From positions 10,714,184 through 10,778,183 of the forward strand of contig OZ316895.1 in NCBI GenBank assembly GCA_973895155.1: 64,000 bases of DNA. The letters are read 5' to 3'. Position 1 is the stretch's first letter; every line of letters begins with the position of its first letter. Both the position numbers and the translations under genes were made by a program. The notes below the pieces were generated by a model, which was given only the letters and a program-made list of their open reading frames with translations, had not been told where the DNA came from and did no database searches. This stretch comes from Marsupella aquatica. Its lineage: Eukaryota; Plantae; Marchantiophyta. This document shows positions 39,557 through 51,299 of this stretch, in pieces.

Positions 39557-41143
39557 TTATGCTTGTAATAGGTAGAAAGAAAATAAGTCAGGACCCAGTT
39601 TTTGAGGAAATCTTGACTGGTATTTGAGAGGACCAATCACATATTGCCATGTGGGAGCAACCCAATCATGGGCGACCTCAGGTTTTGCTAAGTAAAGGGG
39701 TTCAAGGTGACAATTAGAATAGTTTTGAGGAAAGGTTACCAATTTTGATAGTTCAGTAAAAACTGGTATGTTAGTATGCAAAGCGGAAACATCAGTAATC
39801 TTAGCACTACCTGGAAACCAAACCATGCCGCCCACTTAATTGAATAATGTACGTCTAGACAAGCACTGAACTTAAGACAGTGCTAAGCTACTAATATAAC
39901 TTTCAGAGCCCATGCCTGTAATTATAACATGGAATATGGAATCACTCTTGACTGGATGCAACCACACGTCTCTTAGTTGACAATCAAGTACATAAAATAA
40001 TTCTTATGAATTAGTATTGGTACTAAATTAGCACAGAAAGTGAATAGAAAATCAGTTTAAATGTGTCTCTACTGTACAACAGCCTGTGCAACTGAGAAAA
40101 CGATTATAAACAGAAATGTGCACTTGCAAGTAACTTACTCTTAGTTCATCGCTATCTGTAGTACTTCACACTTGTCCACTCTAACTAGTGAGCCATGCAT
40201 GCACAGAACATATGCCAAATTTAGTTAGACTAGAAAACGGTGGGTAATGAGAAGATTCTGATGGGATGGGGGCGGAGGACAATGGATTTGGGAAGGCGGG
40301 AAGGCAAGGCAAAATGCTACTCAATCTAGTGGCCTGTGTGATACACAAGTCAGCACAAGATATTTGTTTTTAAGACAGCATGAAAGATGGTTGGCCAAAG
40401 GGTTGTTGGCACAAAAAAGAATGACGGTAGACAATGAGATTGTTAGCACAAAGTAAGTAATTTAATACATTGTGTGTGAATTCCATTTAGTACTTGTGCA
40501 GTGCAAGGTCCAGGATAAAAGTCTAGGAGCGAAGGAGAGATGGAGTCAAGCCGCTAGAATTAAAGGGCCTGGGGCTCAGTACTGGAGGAGTTAAGCAAGG
40601 AGCCTTTTTTTCGAGATTGCTATGTGGGAACTGACGACTGTTTAATATTAAGGAGTTGGACTGGAGCCCCGACTCAGCCACCATGGGTTATAAGAAATAA
40701 TAAATTATAACCAAGGGGTTTCCTTGCTTCAGGACCCGGTTTGAACTTATGGGCATTCAAGTTGCCAGGTTGCCCAGCTCTATTTTCCGGGAAAATCCAA
40801 ACCGGGCTTCAAGAAAGCTATTGTAGTTGCCCAGCTTGCTCAGGGGTATCTTATCTATCTTCTATCTTCTATCAATATAATAAAAGAGCTCGTCAAGTAA
40901 TTAACTGGGGAGATTGTATTTCAGATATGTTTGAGATGAAAATATCATAATTATCTGGTCTGCTTGACATTAGGAGTTCATCTATATATGTGACCAAAAC
41001 TATTCAATACCGTGCAACCCACAGATCCCGCAGGCCATACTTAATTGAATGTGCAAGTTAATACTTACTATAAAACAACTCAGTTTACTCTCCCCAAATA
41101 TATCATGGCTTCAGCTCAATAAGTCCTGACTCACAATGGACTC

Positions 41144-41564
41144 TGTTGGGTATTTACTCTTACGTCTAGGTTAGGTATGACGTGGTTGGTACAACAACGT
41201 GGGTTGGTACAACTACGTGGTTAGGTACAACTACGTGATTAGGTATAACTATGTGGTTAGGTACAACTACGTGATTAGGTACAACTATGTGGTTAGGTAC
41301 AACTAAGTTGCACACTATATCATAAGAGGCATGTGTGCTTGGAGAGGTAGAACCAAGGCTCATTGTTATGGAGCCACTTGAGAGATAGGGAGAGCTTACA
41401 CTGTGGAGACTCGGTATAGCTGACGGGCTTAGAGTTCAGTAAAGTTCTCTTGTGTGTTCCCGTGGACGTAGCCTCAAGGAGGTGAACCACGTATCTCTTG
41501 TGTCGACTATTGTGCGTTGGATGGTTCATGGGCTTGCCGTTATGATCGTCGTCTATGCTCAACA
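41144..41564 (+). repeat. 5' LTR of the copia element, with an 18-bp tandem array
   Basis: Direct repeat of 47220-47640 with about 5 substitutions counted by eye, all transitions. Confidence 0.97.
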
Positions 41565-42715
41565 ATTGGTATCAGAGCATGCTTGGGAGGTGACGTGTGT
41601 TCGTGACGGGATTTCATTACGGTTTTTCCAGCGTTGAGTGTCGGTGGATTTCCCGGAGTTCCGTCGCATGGAACTTGGAGTTTATGGGCTCAACGGATAG
41701 ATCGGGGCAAGAGCTTTCTAACGGTGTGAAGAAATCGCTGAACGGAGCTCGTGGTGCAGAGAGATCTAAGTTTTCGTCGTTCTGGATTTTGTGAAGAAAG
41801 TTGGCAATCGACTCGGAGGGAGAAGCGTCAAGTGTTTTGACTCAACGGAGAGATTGAGGCAAGACGATTGTTTTGAGTCCGGGATTGGCTCTTTGATGCA
41901 AAGAGGAAGGCTAAGCAAAATCAATTACCTTGTTGGATTGGTGACGGCACCAAGTGCAATTGATCAACATTCGTTGTTGACAAGGTACCATTTTTTCTCT
42001 TTGAAAAACTGATTCGAAATTGGCTATGGCAATTGAGAGAAATCTGTCATCTTTACCAATTTTTTTCTCCCTCGTTCTTTCCTCGTTTTGGGTGCTTCTT
42101 ATATCGATCTTCACCGCCTCGAAGTCTAGTTTCCAAATCTGAAATCAGATCTTGATTTCGTCAAAACCCGAGTGAGATATCTTGCGTTTGGTGTCGAGGG
42201 GTACATTCTGCCGTGTGTATTTTCTGCGCGCGCGACCAGATTTCGACGACGAAGGGTGGTAGGGGGTTTTGGGGGTTCGAGGACACGTGTCAGCCCCTCG
42301 ATTGTTCTTCCAAAATTCCCACAGGGCCTGTACAAGGGTCATAAAATATTCCAAAAAACCAGAGAGCTATTTTTTGACCGTCCGACAAAGATTTCATCCG
42401 TCGAACGGTAACTTTTTTGGTTATTTTTTGGCGAGGTCGTAGCCATTGAAGTTGGCAACGCGGCGCACCAATCACATCGTAATTCCGACAACGGGTTGTA
42501 CTTGGTATTTCGGTTATTCCCTGAGGTGGTCAAAACAGGGGAGTTTCCCAAGGTTTTACCCACCTCGACCGAAATTTGAATAACTTTTCCGTCAAATTTC
42601 GATTTTGATTTTGGTTTACAGTATTGAACTCCTAGCTTTGTGGGCTACGCGGCGGTGTAGAGTTTCGAGTTTTTTGAGAAGTTGTGAAAAACAACAATTT
42701 TTGTGATTTTCTCAT

Positions 42716-43756
42716 ATGAGTGATTCGGAGGAATTTTTCGAAGACGTGGAACTTGAAGCACGAGGATCACCGTGGCGGTTTCAGGGGCAGAGAGAGGAGC
42801 AGGAGGAAGAGCACGTGACACCGATACCATCACCGGTGCGGCGTGTGGTGGAGGAAGCAGTACTACTACCGGAGCTCACGGTAGTGCCAAAGAAGAAGAT
42901 GGGGACTTTCAAGCTTGGGGGACCCAAGTATGAAGTGACAAAGTATGATGGGCGCTCTGACTACTTGCTATGGGAGAAGCAGGTGAAGGGAGTACTCTAT
43001 GCGTCAGGGATGGGCCAACTGCTGAGCCCTCGTGAAGACGATGTTGATGAGAAACAATGGGACCGCATGCAGGAGCAGGGAGTGTGGTGTGTTACACTCT
43101 ATCTCATGCCTCCCATCATCAAGCAGTTGGGTGCACATAAGGATTGCATGTCCTTGTTTGCGGAATTGCAGAGCAAGTATCACCGCAAGGAGTTGTCGAA
43201 CCGGCTCTACACTTCCTACAAACTCATGAGTTTCAGGATGAAGGAATCTGGCACAAAGTTGCAAGACCATGTGGATGCTTTCAACGACATGGTCGTTGAC
43301 TTGGAAAACCTTGGGGAGACTTTGAATGATGAGACGAAGGCTCTGCAGCTTCTTAGTTCATTGCCTCCATCTTACCAGTCCCTATCACGAGTGTTGTTGC
43401 ATCGTGATAGGGATACCATTTCATATAATGACGTGGTAAGTTCTCTGCTTAGTGATGATCTTCAGCAGAAGATGCACATCACATCACAGCCTTCATCATC
43501 TGGTGTTGCCCTCAATGTTAACCGTGGGAGGGGTATGCAGCGACCAACTGGGGACCGTAGAACCCAGTTTAGATCTAAATCCAGATCTAAGTCCAAGGGT
43601 AAATCCCCTCAGAGGAGGCAGGTGACATGTTGGAAGTGCAACCAAGTTGGACACTTCAAGCGAGACTGTAAGGGAAAGGCAGCGGAAACTTCATCGGCAA
43701 ATGTGGCTAGGGCTGATGGAGAAGCTGATTTACTCAATGACGAGTATGTTTTATGA
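42716..43756 (+). CDS. gag: Copia Gag with CCHC zinc knuckle
   Basis: KYDGRSDYLLW, LLSSLPPSY and CWKCNQVGHFKRDC. Ends in TGA, in frame with pol. Confidence 0.93.
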   Translation: MSDSEEFFEDVELEARGSPWRFQGQREEQEEEHVTPIPSPVRRVVEEAVLLPELTVVPKKKMGTFKLGGPKYEVTKYDGRSDYLLWEKQVKGVLYASGMGQLLSPREDDVDEKQWDRMQEQGVWCVTLYLMPPIIKQLGAHKDCMSLFAELQSKYHRKELSNRLYTSYKLMSFRMKESGTKLQDHVDAFNDMVVDLENLGETLNDETKALQLLSSLPPSYQSLSRVLLHRDRDTISYNDVVSSLLSDDLQQKMHITSQPSSSGVALNVNRGRGMQRPTGDRRTQFRSKSRSKSKGKSPQRRQVTCWKCNQVGHFKRDCKGKAAETSSANVARADGEADLLNDEYVL

Positions 43757-46700
43757 AGCCGGGGGTATGCCCTGTGCACGTCATCTAGGAGAGCAGATGA
43801 TGTGTGGATTCTTGATTGTGCTTGCTCTTTTCATATTTGTTACATTCGTGAATTTTTCAGTTCTTACTCTATTTCAAACGGTTCAGTTCTGATGGGAAAT
43901 GATCACTCCTGTCAAATTGAGGGAATTGGGTCTGTGAAGATTCAAATATTTAATGGCGCTGTGCGCACAGTGTCCGGAGTCAGGTATGTACCTGGCATGC
44001 GTAAGAATCTGATTTCACTCGGTGTGTTGGATTCAAATGGTCATCAATGGAGCGTTATTGATGGTGAACTTCAAGTCAGGTCGGGAGAGACAGTGATTTT
44101 GAAGGGGAGTAGACAAAAGAATTTGTATGTGTTACAGGGCAATACTGTATGTGGAGAGGCCAATGTAACCAAGTCTCACGAGGAGATGACTCAACTGTGG
44201 CATTCACGGCTAGGCCACATGAGTGAGAAGGGTTTGGCTATCTTACGGAAGAATGGACTCATTTCTGATTTGCAATCTTGTAAATTAGAGTTTTGTGAGC
44301 ATTGCATTCTTGGAAAGCAGCATCGTCGTGCTTTTGGTGTTGGAACTCATCGTTCCAAAGCGGTTCTTGAGTACATACATAGTGACGTGTGGGGTCCATC
44401 CCCGACTCCCTCACACTCTGGAAAGTTGTACTATGTATCATTTATTGATGATTACTCAAGATTTGTGTGGATTTATTTCATGACGCATAAGTCTGATGTC
44501 TTGTCCATTTTTAAGAAGTGGAAGGCCCAGATGGAGAATCAGACTGGAAACACGATCAAGTGTTTGGATACAAGGGTGAAGAGTCTGAGGTCAGACAACG
44601 GCGGGGAGTACACTTCAATGGAATTTGAAGAGTACTGTTCAGAACAGGGGATAACTCGCCATCTCACCATAGTTTATACTCCGCAGCAGAATGGTGTCGC
44701 TGAGAGGCTCAATCGGACACTGTTGGAGCGGTCACGGAGTATGTTGAGCCAATCAGGTTTACCACAAGAATTTTGGGCAGAAGCTATCAATACCGCAGCT
44801 TATTTGGTAAATCTTTCTCCTTCTAGTGCTATCAATTTCAAAACGCCGTTTGAGATGCGCTATAAGCGGCAAGCAGACTATCATGGCTTGGTAGTTTTTG
44901 GAAGTGATGCATATGCTCTCACACCGAAGCAGAATAGGACCAAGTTGGATCCTACCTCCAAGAAATGTGTTTTTCTTGGGTACCAGAGTGGTGTGAAAGC
45001 CTATAGGCTATGGGATCCTATTGCCTGTAAGCTCGTTGTCAGTAGGGATGTTTCCTTCAATGAATCCAGATTATTGAAGGAGGGGGAGAATACTCAGGTC
45101 TCCCGTACTGACAAAGGAAAATCTCCTATCCCGGATCTTGTTGAGGGGGAGATTGGTTATGAGGTGCATGACCGGAGAGAAGGAGTTGCTCCAATTATGG
45201 AGCTGGTTCCTGTGCCAGAGGAACCATAGGAGTTTGTTGATGCTGGTGAGCAGCAAGTGGATGCTGTTGAGCTTCAAATTGTACCAGCACACGCAGATCA
45301 ACCGAAGTCATCGGCTAGAAGAACATCTGGTCGCACTGTACGTGCTCCACCAAGGTATGGACAGTGGGTTGATTCATCTCAACTGCAAGAAAATGATTTT
45401 GCAACTGATGATGAGGGTGATGCGTTAATTTTGGAAGAAGGGGAACCTTCTTCATTTCATGAGGCAAGTGCTTCAAAGGAGAAGCAGAAGTGGACTGCAG
45501 CAATGCAAACGGAGATGCAGTCACTAAAGGACAACAAAACTTGGGAGCTTGTTAAGCTGCCTAAGGGTCAGCAAGTGGTGGACAGCAAGTGGATTTACAA
45601 GCTGAAGGATAATTCCATAGGAGGTGGATCGAAGGTCTACAAGGCTAGGTTGGTAGCAAAGGGATTCACACAAGAGAAAGGTGTGGATTACAATGAGGTC
45701 TTCTCACCAGTTGCTAAGTACTCTACAATACGACTATTGTGTGTACTTGTTGTAATGTTTGGTCTGCTGCTAGATCAGATGGATGTTGTCACAGCTTTCC
45801 TCTATGGCACATTGGAAGAGGTGATCTTCATGAGACAACCGCTAGGTTTTGTGAAGAGAGGACAGGAGGAATTGGTTTGCAGATTGCTGAAATCCTTGTA
45901 TGGGTTGAAGCAGTCACCAAGACAGTGGAACAAGCGGTTTGACGATTGGATTCGGTCACAAGGTTTTCACAGAAGTGTATTTGACCCTTGTGTGTATTTG
46001 AAATCAGTAAAGAATATTGTATTTGGGTTCATTGTTTTAGTACTTTATGTGGATGATATGCTAATTGCAGCCAAGGATAGGTCTGAGATTGTTAAGCTCA
46101 AGGCACTGCTTAGTGCAGAGTTTAAGATGAAGGACTTAGGGCCAGCTAAGAGGATTTTGGGTATGGAGATCACTAGGGACTTGGAGGCTGGCAAGCTATG
46201 GTTGACGCAGAGCAGTTATGCGAGGAAGGTAATTGCAAGGTTCAACATGGGGAATAGCAAGCCAGTAAGTACCCCGTTGGCTCCACACTTCAAGTTATCA
46301 TCAGCATTCTGTCCTACGGATGACATAGAGAAGGGGTTGATGTCAAAGGTTCCGTATGACAAGGCAGTGGGGAGTCTCATGTATTTGATGACTTGCACTA
46401 GACCTGATCTTGCCATGGCTATGGGCAAGGTAAGCAGGTACATGTCAAATCCAGGGAAGGTACACTGGGAAGCAGTGAAGTGGATTATCAGGTACTTGAA
46501 GGGTACCGTGGATCATGGTCTTTTATTTGATGCGAATGCAAAGAATGCTAAATCATTGATTGGCTATGTTGATTCTGACTATGGACAAGATTTGGACCGA
46601 AGGAGATCAACAACAGGATACGTGTTCATACTTGGCGGTGGATGCATAAGTTGGAGGTCTACTTTGCAGAAGTGTATTGCTCAGTCTACTACAGAAGCGG

Positions 46701-47029
46701 AGTATGTTGCAGCTGCGGAAGCAGCAAAGGAAGCGATTTGGTTGGATAGACTTATCACTGAAATGGGATTGCCACAGGGGAATGTGAAGCTCCATTGTGA
46801 TAGTCAAAGTGCGCTCCACCTTGCTATGAACCAGGTGATGGACAGCAGAGTGAAGCACATTGATGTCAGGTACCATTTTATCAGGCAGGCTGTGTCTGAT
46901 AATTTGTTTGAGCTAGTCAAGATTGATGGTAAACTCAACCCGGCTGACGCATTTACCAAAGTGATTCCTTTGGAAAGTTTCTCTAGACACCGTGACGTAT
47001 TGCAGGTTTTGCAATTGCATCACAAGTAG
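43757..47029 (+). CDS. pol: Copia Pol (protease, integrase, RT, RNase H), interrupted by one in-frame TAG at 45227-45229
   Basis: WILDCACS (protease); WHSRLGH..CEHC, HSDVWGP, LRSDNGGEY and QQNGVAER (integrase); YKARLVAKG, LYGLKQSPR and LYVDDML (RT); YVDSDY and STTEAEY (RNase H). The ORFs starting at 42716, 43802 and 45257 are all in one frame. Confidence 0.93.
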
Positions 47030-47219
47030 AGTTTTCTTAACATTCATTGTAATTACTGATATATGCTCTTCCTCATTCCTATGTATTAAGCTACGGCTTA
47101 GTTCTGGTTTGCTCTAGTTAGAGAGGGAAACCGGTTTGGTTTTTGTCTAGAACTTCCCGCTGAGGGATCATATACATTGGCAGTATTACTCTCCCCTAGA
47201 CCAGAGTCAAGGGGAAGAT

Positions 47220-47640
47220 TGTTGGGTATTTACTCTTACGTCTAGGTTAGGTATGACGTGGTTGGTACAACAACGTGGGTTGGTACAACTACGTGGTTAG
47301 GTACAACTACGTGATTAGGTATAACTATGTGGTTAGGTACAACTACGTGATTAGGTACAACTATGTGGTTAGGTACAACTAAATTGCACACTATATCATA
47401 AGAGGCATGTGTGCTTGGAGAGGTAGAACCAAGGCTCATTGTTATGGAGCCACTTGAGAGATAGGGAGAGCTTACACTGTGGAGACTCGGTATAGCTGAC
47501 GGGCTTAGAGTTCAGTAAAGCTCTCTTGTGTGTTCCCGTGGACGTAGCCTCAAGGAGGTGAACCACGTATCTCTTGTGTCGACTATTGTGCGTTGGATGG
47601 TTCATGAGCTTGCCGTTGCGATCGTCGTCTATGCTCAACA
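47220..47640 (+). repeat. 3' LTR of the copia element
   Basis: TGTTGGG..CTCAACA, followed by the TSD GACTC. Confidence 0.97.
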
Positions 47641-47697
47641 GACTCTTCTCTTTCAATTCACTTGGCTGCTTAATTAGTTAGGTCTGGTTATTTAGTA

Positions 47698-47949
47698 GGG
47701 CGACTCAAATCTTGGAGATGACAGATGATGACATTTGGTCATAATCAATAGGTCATAACTTTCTCATAAGATTGTATAAAAGTCTTTTTTTATTTTTTCT
47801 TTCACCAGCTTCTACAGTGACTAATGGTTATAGCATATATAAGACCAAAAGTTAATATGGACTATAAAAATTGCAGTCCATAACTTTTTGTGTCCATAAC
47901 CCATAACTAGAGAGTTAAGGTCCATTAAATTGTCAGTTTTGAGATGCCC
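47698..47949. mobile_element. Tourist/PIF-Harbinger-like MITE
   Basis: Imperfect TIRs GGGCGACTCAAA / TTTGAGATGCCC, AT-rich interior, and TAGTA directly flanking both ends. Confidence 0.6.
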
Positions 47950-48129
47950 TAGTAGGTCAGTATTCAGTGATTGGCGACTTCCTCCGTAAGCATTACAATT
48001 TCCTCATCTCTATCTAAATAGGCTCAATCATGCCAGTTCTTATGGGGTTTAATATACGGTAGTTATCCCTCTCAGACTTGAGGCCACTTTTCACCTCAGG
48101 AACATCTTAGTTTTTGTTTTTGTATTAAT

Positions 48130-49959
48130 TTGGGTCCCACCCAGTTGCAGAACTCGACTACCTTAACACTTAGCTCCGGCGTCGTTGATTCCAACGCCGA
48201 GCTTCCTTATGGTCCAGGCCCGGATAGGCCATCCGGGGAGGACTTAGCATGGGGAGACTTGTGGGCAATGGGACGTGGCGCTGGCGAAGGCAAGGCGCCA
48301 AGTTGGTGTCACACAATTAGGACTTAGACTAGCTGAGAGCTGGTTGGGTCAAAGGGAAAAGGGCCAGGCTCAAGGTCGACCATCGATCGAGACCCCCAGA
48401 CGGACTTTGAGTTCTGAGGGCTTGAGTGAGAGCTCCTCTTGGGCCCAAGGCCAATAGAGTTGATGCCATGGGCAACGGATGCTTGGGGCACGAATTATGG
48501 TCCGATCCAGGTTTGGCCGATCGGGGGCTCCAAGTGGCAATGAGATATGGGGGCCTATGCATGAACATTGGGTCGGCCCGATCACAACGGGCTAAGGCAC
48601 TCCGCTTGCGGACGCCTAATTAGGAAGTTATGGGCGTTGCCAGTTGATGACGCACCCAGACATGCGGGTTGGGGTCCAGGTTGGAGGCCAAAAGTTTGGG
48701 GACCAAAGTTGGTCTGGGGGTGACAGGTCTCCATACGCATTTATGAGAGGAGTGGTGTCTCCCTGGGGGCTAAGGGCGAGCCGAAGTCGTGAGCTACGTG
48801 TAAGAAACTGTCGGCTCCAGACTAGACAGCAATGCGGAAACATAAGAGAAACACTCAATCAGACGTTACACCGACGAGACATCCCGAGTGGAGAACCTCT
48901 TGAAGGTTCCATAGCAAATGAGAGTACATGTGAAGAATGAGGGAGAGAAAGCTCTCCCCTCGGGGGGTTGACTATCAACAATCTTAGGAACAATGTGCGA
49001 TCCAAAATAGGTATTTTTCATGTAAATTAGCTAAATTTTTAAAAAGCGTAGAATACAAAAGAAGGTATTATAAACTTATATTTGTAAAATATTCTCTAAT
49101 ATATACCTTTTATAAAGTAAAATAGGTCATTAGTATTGAAAATAGAGAATATTTTTACAATATTCCCATTATAAAATAGGTGTGTTTATATTAGGCTAGG
49201 ATCGCACATGGTACCCCAAAATATACACTAAATTAACCCCCCGAGGCTCTCCCTCCAACCTATACCCCCAAGGGGGCCAAGACATGTGTGGGCCTAAACT
49301 ACTTAAGCGGATCTTATCCTGATGTAATCCAGGGTTAACTAACCCTAGTAAGGCCAAACTAACTAAGCCGGGAACTCAAGTCAATTCCTAACACCGCAGC
49401 GGTCGCAACATTAAGGGAAAATGTCAAACAGAAACGGCAATACCTTTCCAACGAGAAGTTCGTTGGGGGACTTCTTGGGTGCATTGGAAAGCTCTCAAGG
49501 AGGGCTACATCCTCCTGAGCTCAGATAGGTCTTGGGGTGCCATAAGTTCTTGAGGTTTGCGGGTGTTATCTCGCCCGCTTGCCAAATCCTGCCAAAATAG
49601 CAATCGAGCCACGTTCAGTCTCTCAAGGGAGCTTGCGTTGGGGAGGCAAGGCCAAGTAGGCGTGGAGGTTGAGTTCCAAGGGCACTTTGGCCCCTAGACC
49701 ATCGGTGGGGCGAGAACCGGGAGTTGGTTGCTAAAGTCGGGATCATTCTGGTCTCGGCGTGTAGGGACAAACTTGGGACAAGCTTTAGGACAAGCTACGC
49801 TATTTGGGCCATGAGCATGTCTAGGGAGCAGGGCGATCAGTTGGTGATGGATAGGTATGAGGGGGATTGAACCCGGGCTGCGCCCAAGGAAGGAGCTGTG
49901 CTGGACAAACAGTGGGCATCGGTTCGGGTTCTGGCTTATGGCAACGGGAGGACCTATCA
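48130..49959 (-). mobile_element. Degenerate LTR-retrotransposon-like remnant
   Basis: GC-richer non-coding block. On the minus strand a TGTTAGG start near 49393 and a TGGCGCC PBS-like motif near 48300 bracket an LTR-sized segment. No partner LTR or TSD was seen. Confidence 0.35.
48959..49245. mobile_element. MITE with 8-bp TSD and CTCGGGGGG termini
   Basis: TIRs CTCGGGGGGTT / AACCCCCCGAG, an inner inverted pair TGTGCGATCC / GGATCGCACA, and a perfect TSD GCTCTCCC at 48951-48958 and 49246-49253. Confidence 0.85.
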
Positions 49960-50317
49960 CACTAGAAGAATCCGAGGTGAACTGAGACCGCAATATGTGA
50001 CTCATTTTGGCTCATGTGACTTCATTGTGACTCAACGTGACTTGACCCACGCTGTGACCCTTGGAGTTGCAAAAGTTGATACCAAAAAATGGAAGTCACT
50101 ATTGATACTGGGCTTTGCAACTTGCTTGATACCCATTTGTGACTGATCTGTGACTTTATTGTGGAGTCTAGCCTTGTTTCGACGTGACTGCAATATGACT
50201 TCAGCGAGTCACATCGTAAGTCACATACATGACTTACCCGCATTCAACAACGACTAGCGTGTGACCATTTAGTGTCACAGGAGAGACCAATGGAGACCCT
50301 GGCCCGCGTCACACAAC
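49960..50317 (+). mobile_element. CACTA element terminus A, interrupted by element B
   Basis: Starts CACTAGAAGAATCC and is followed by dense direct and inverted GTGAC/GTCAC subterminal repeats. Confidence 0.72.
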
Positions 50318-50704
50318 CACTAGAAGAAAACAGGGCCCTTTATGACCAATCACCCAATGACAGAGATGAATAAATGACCAAAAGTTTTAATGACACAAAA
50401 AGAATGACAGGGGAATGACTGTCCACAATGACCAATAGACTGAAATGACAAAATGTTAATTTTTTCATCATTTTGTATAATGTCTATAATGACTGATGCG
50501 ACCAAAATGACCCAATTTCCCTAAATGGTCAATTTAGACACATGTCTTAAATGACACAATTAATAACAAAAATGATAAATCAGTGTTTAGCAACATTATA
50601 GTCACTCTTGACAATGACTGAAATGACTAAAAATCTATTTGGATCATTTTGGACAACGGTGATAAATGACAAAAAATGTATTATCGTCATTTTAACCAAC
50701 GGTG

Positions 50705-51225
50705 TTAAATGACAAAATTTAGGGTCAATCTGAAAATGAGAATATATCAGTGTTTACAACAACATATTGTCATTATGGACTTCTGCCATAAATGACTAAC
50801 TCTAAGGTCAATCTTGAAATTAGGACATATCAGTGTTTACAAGAACATACCGTCATTATGGACTTCTCTCATAAATGACTAACTCTAGGGTCAATCTTGA
50901 AATTAGGACATATCAGTGTTTACAAGAACATACCGTCATTATGGACTTCTCTCATAAATGACTAACTCTAGGGTCAATCTTGAAATTAGGACATATCAGT
51001 GTTTACAAGAACATACCGTCATTATGGACTTCTCTCATAAATGACTAACTCCACACTCAATTTTGAAATTAGGATATATCGGTGTTTTCAACAACATACT
51101 GTCATTATGGACTTGTCACATAAATGACTAAATATAGGGTCAATCTAAAAATCAGGATATATCAATGTTTACAATAACATACAGCCATTATGGACTTATT
51201 GCATAAATGACTACTTATAGAGTCA
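50705..51225. repeat. 83-bp tandem repeat, about 6 copies, in the CACTA subterminal region
   Basis: CATATCAGTGTTTACAAGAACATACCGTCATTATGG recurs at 50826, 50909 and 50992, with diverged copies on both sides. Confidence 0.92.
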
Positions 51226-51299
51226 TTAAAGAACCCAAGAGATATGAAGATTAAAATACTCAATAGTCATTCCAGACACCTATCATAATTGTAGAGTCA

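Larger units (their letters stand above)
41144..47640 (+). mobile_element. Full-length Ty1/copia LTR retrotransposon
   Basis: 421-bp TG..CA LTRs at 41144-41564 and 47220-47640. 5-bp TSD GACTC on both sides. Primer-binding site TGGTATCAGAGC (tRNA-iMet) at 41567-41578 and polypurine tract AAGGGGAAGA at 47209-47218. Domain order gag-PR-INT-RT-RH. Confidence 0.98.

Noticed and set aside
40568-40670. Short inverted repeat GGGGCTCAGT / ACTGGAGCCCC
   Set aside because: Imperfect, with no convincing TSD.
41166-41363. ORF with VVPNH repeats (also at 47242-47439)
   Set aside because: Antisense translation of the 18-bp LTR array.
50705-51225. Regular repeats resembling a CRISPR array
   Set aside because: The units are contiguous with no unique spacers, there are no cas genes, and the context is a eukaryotic transposon.
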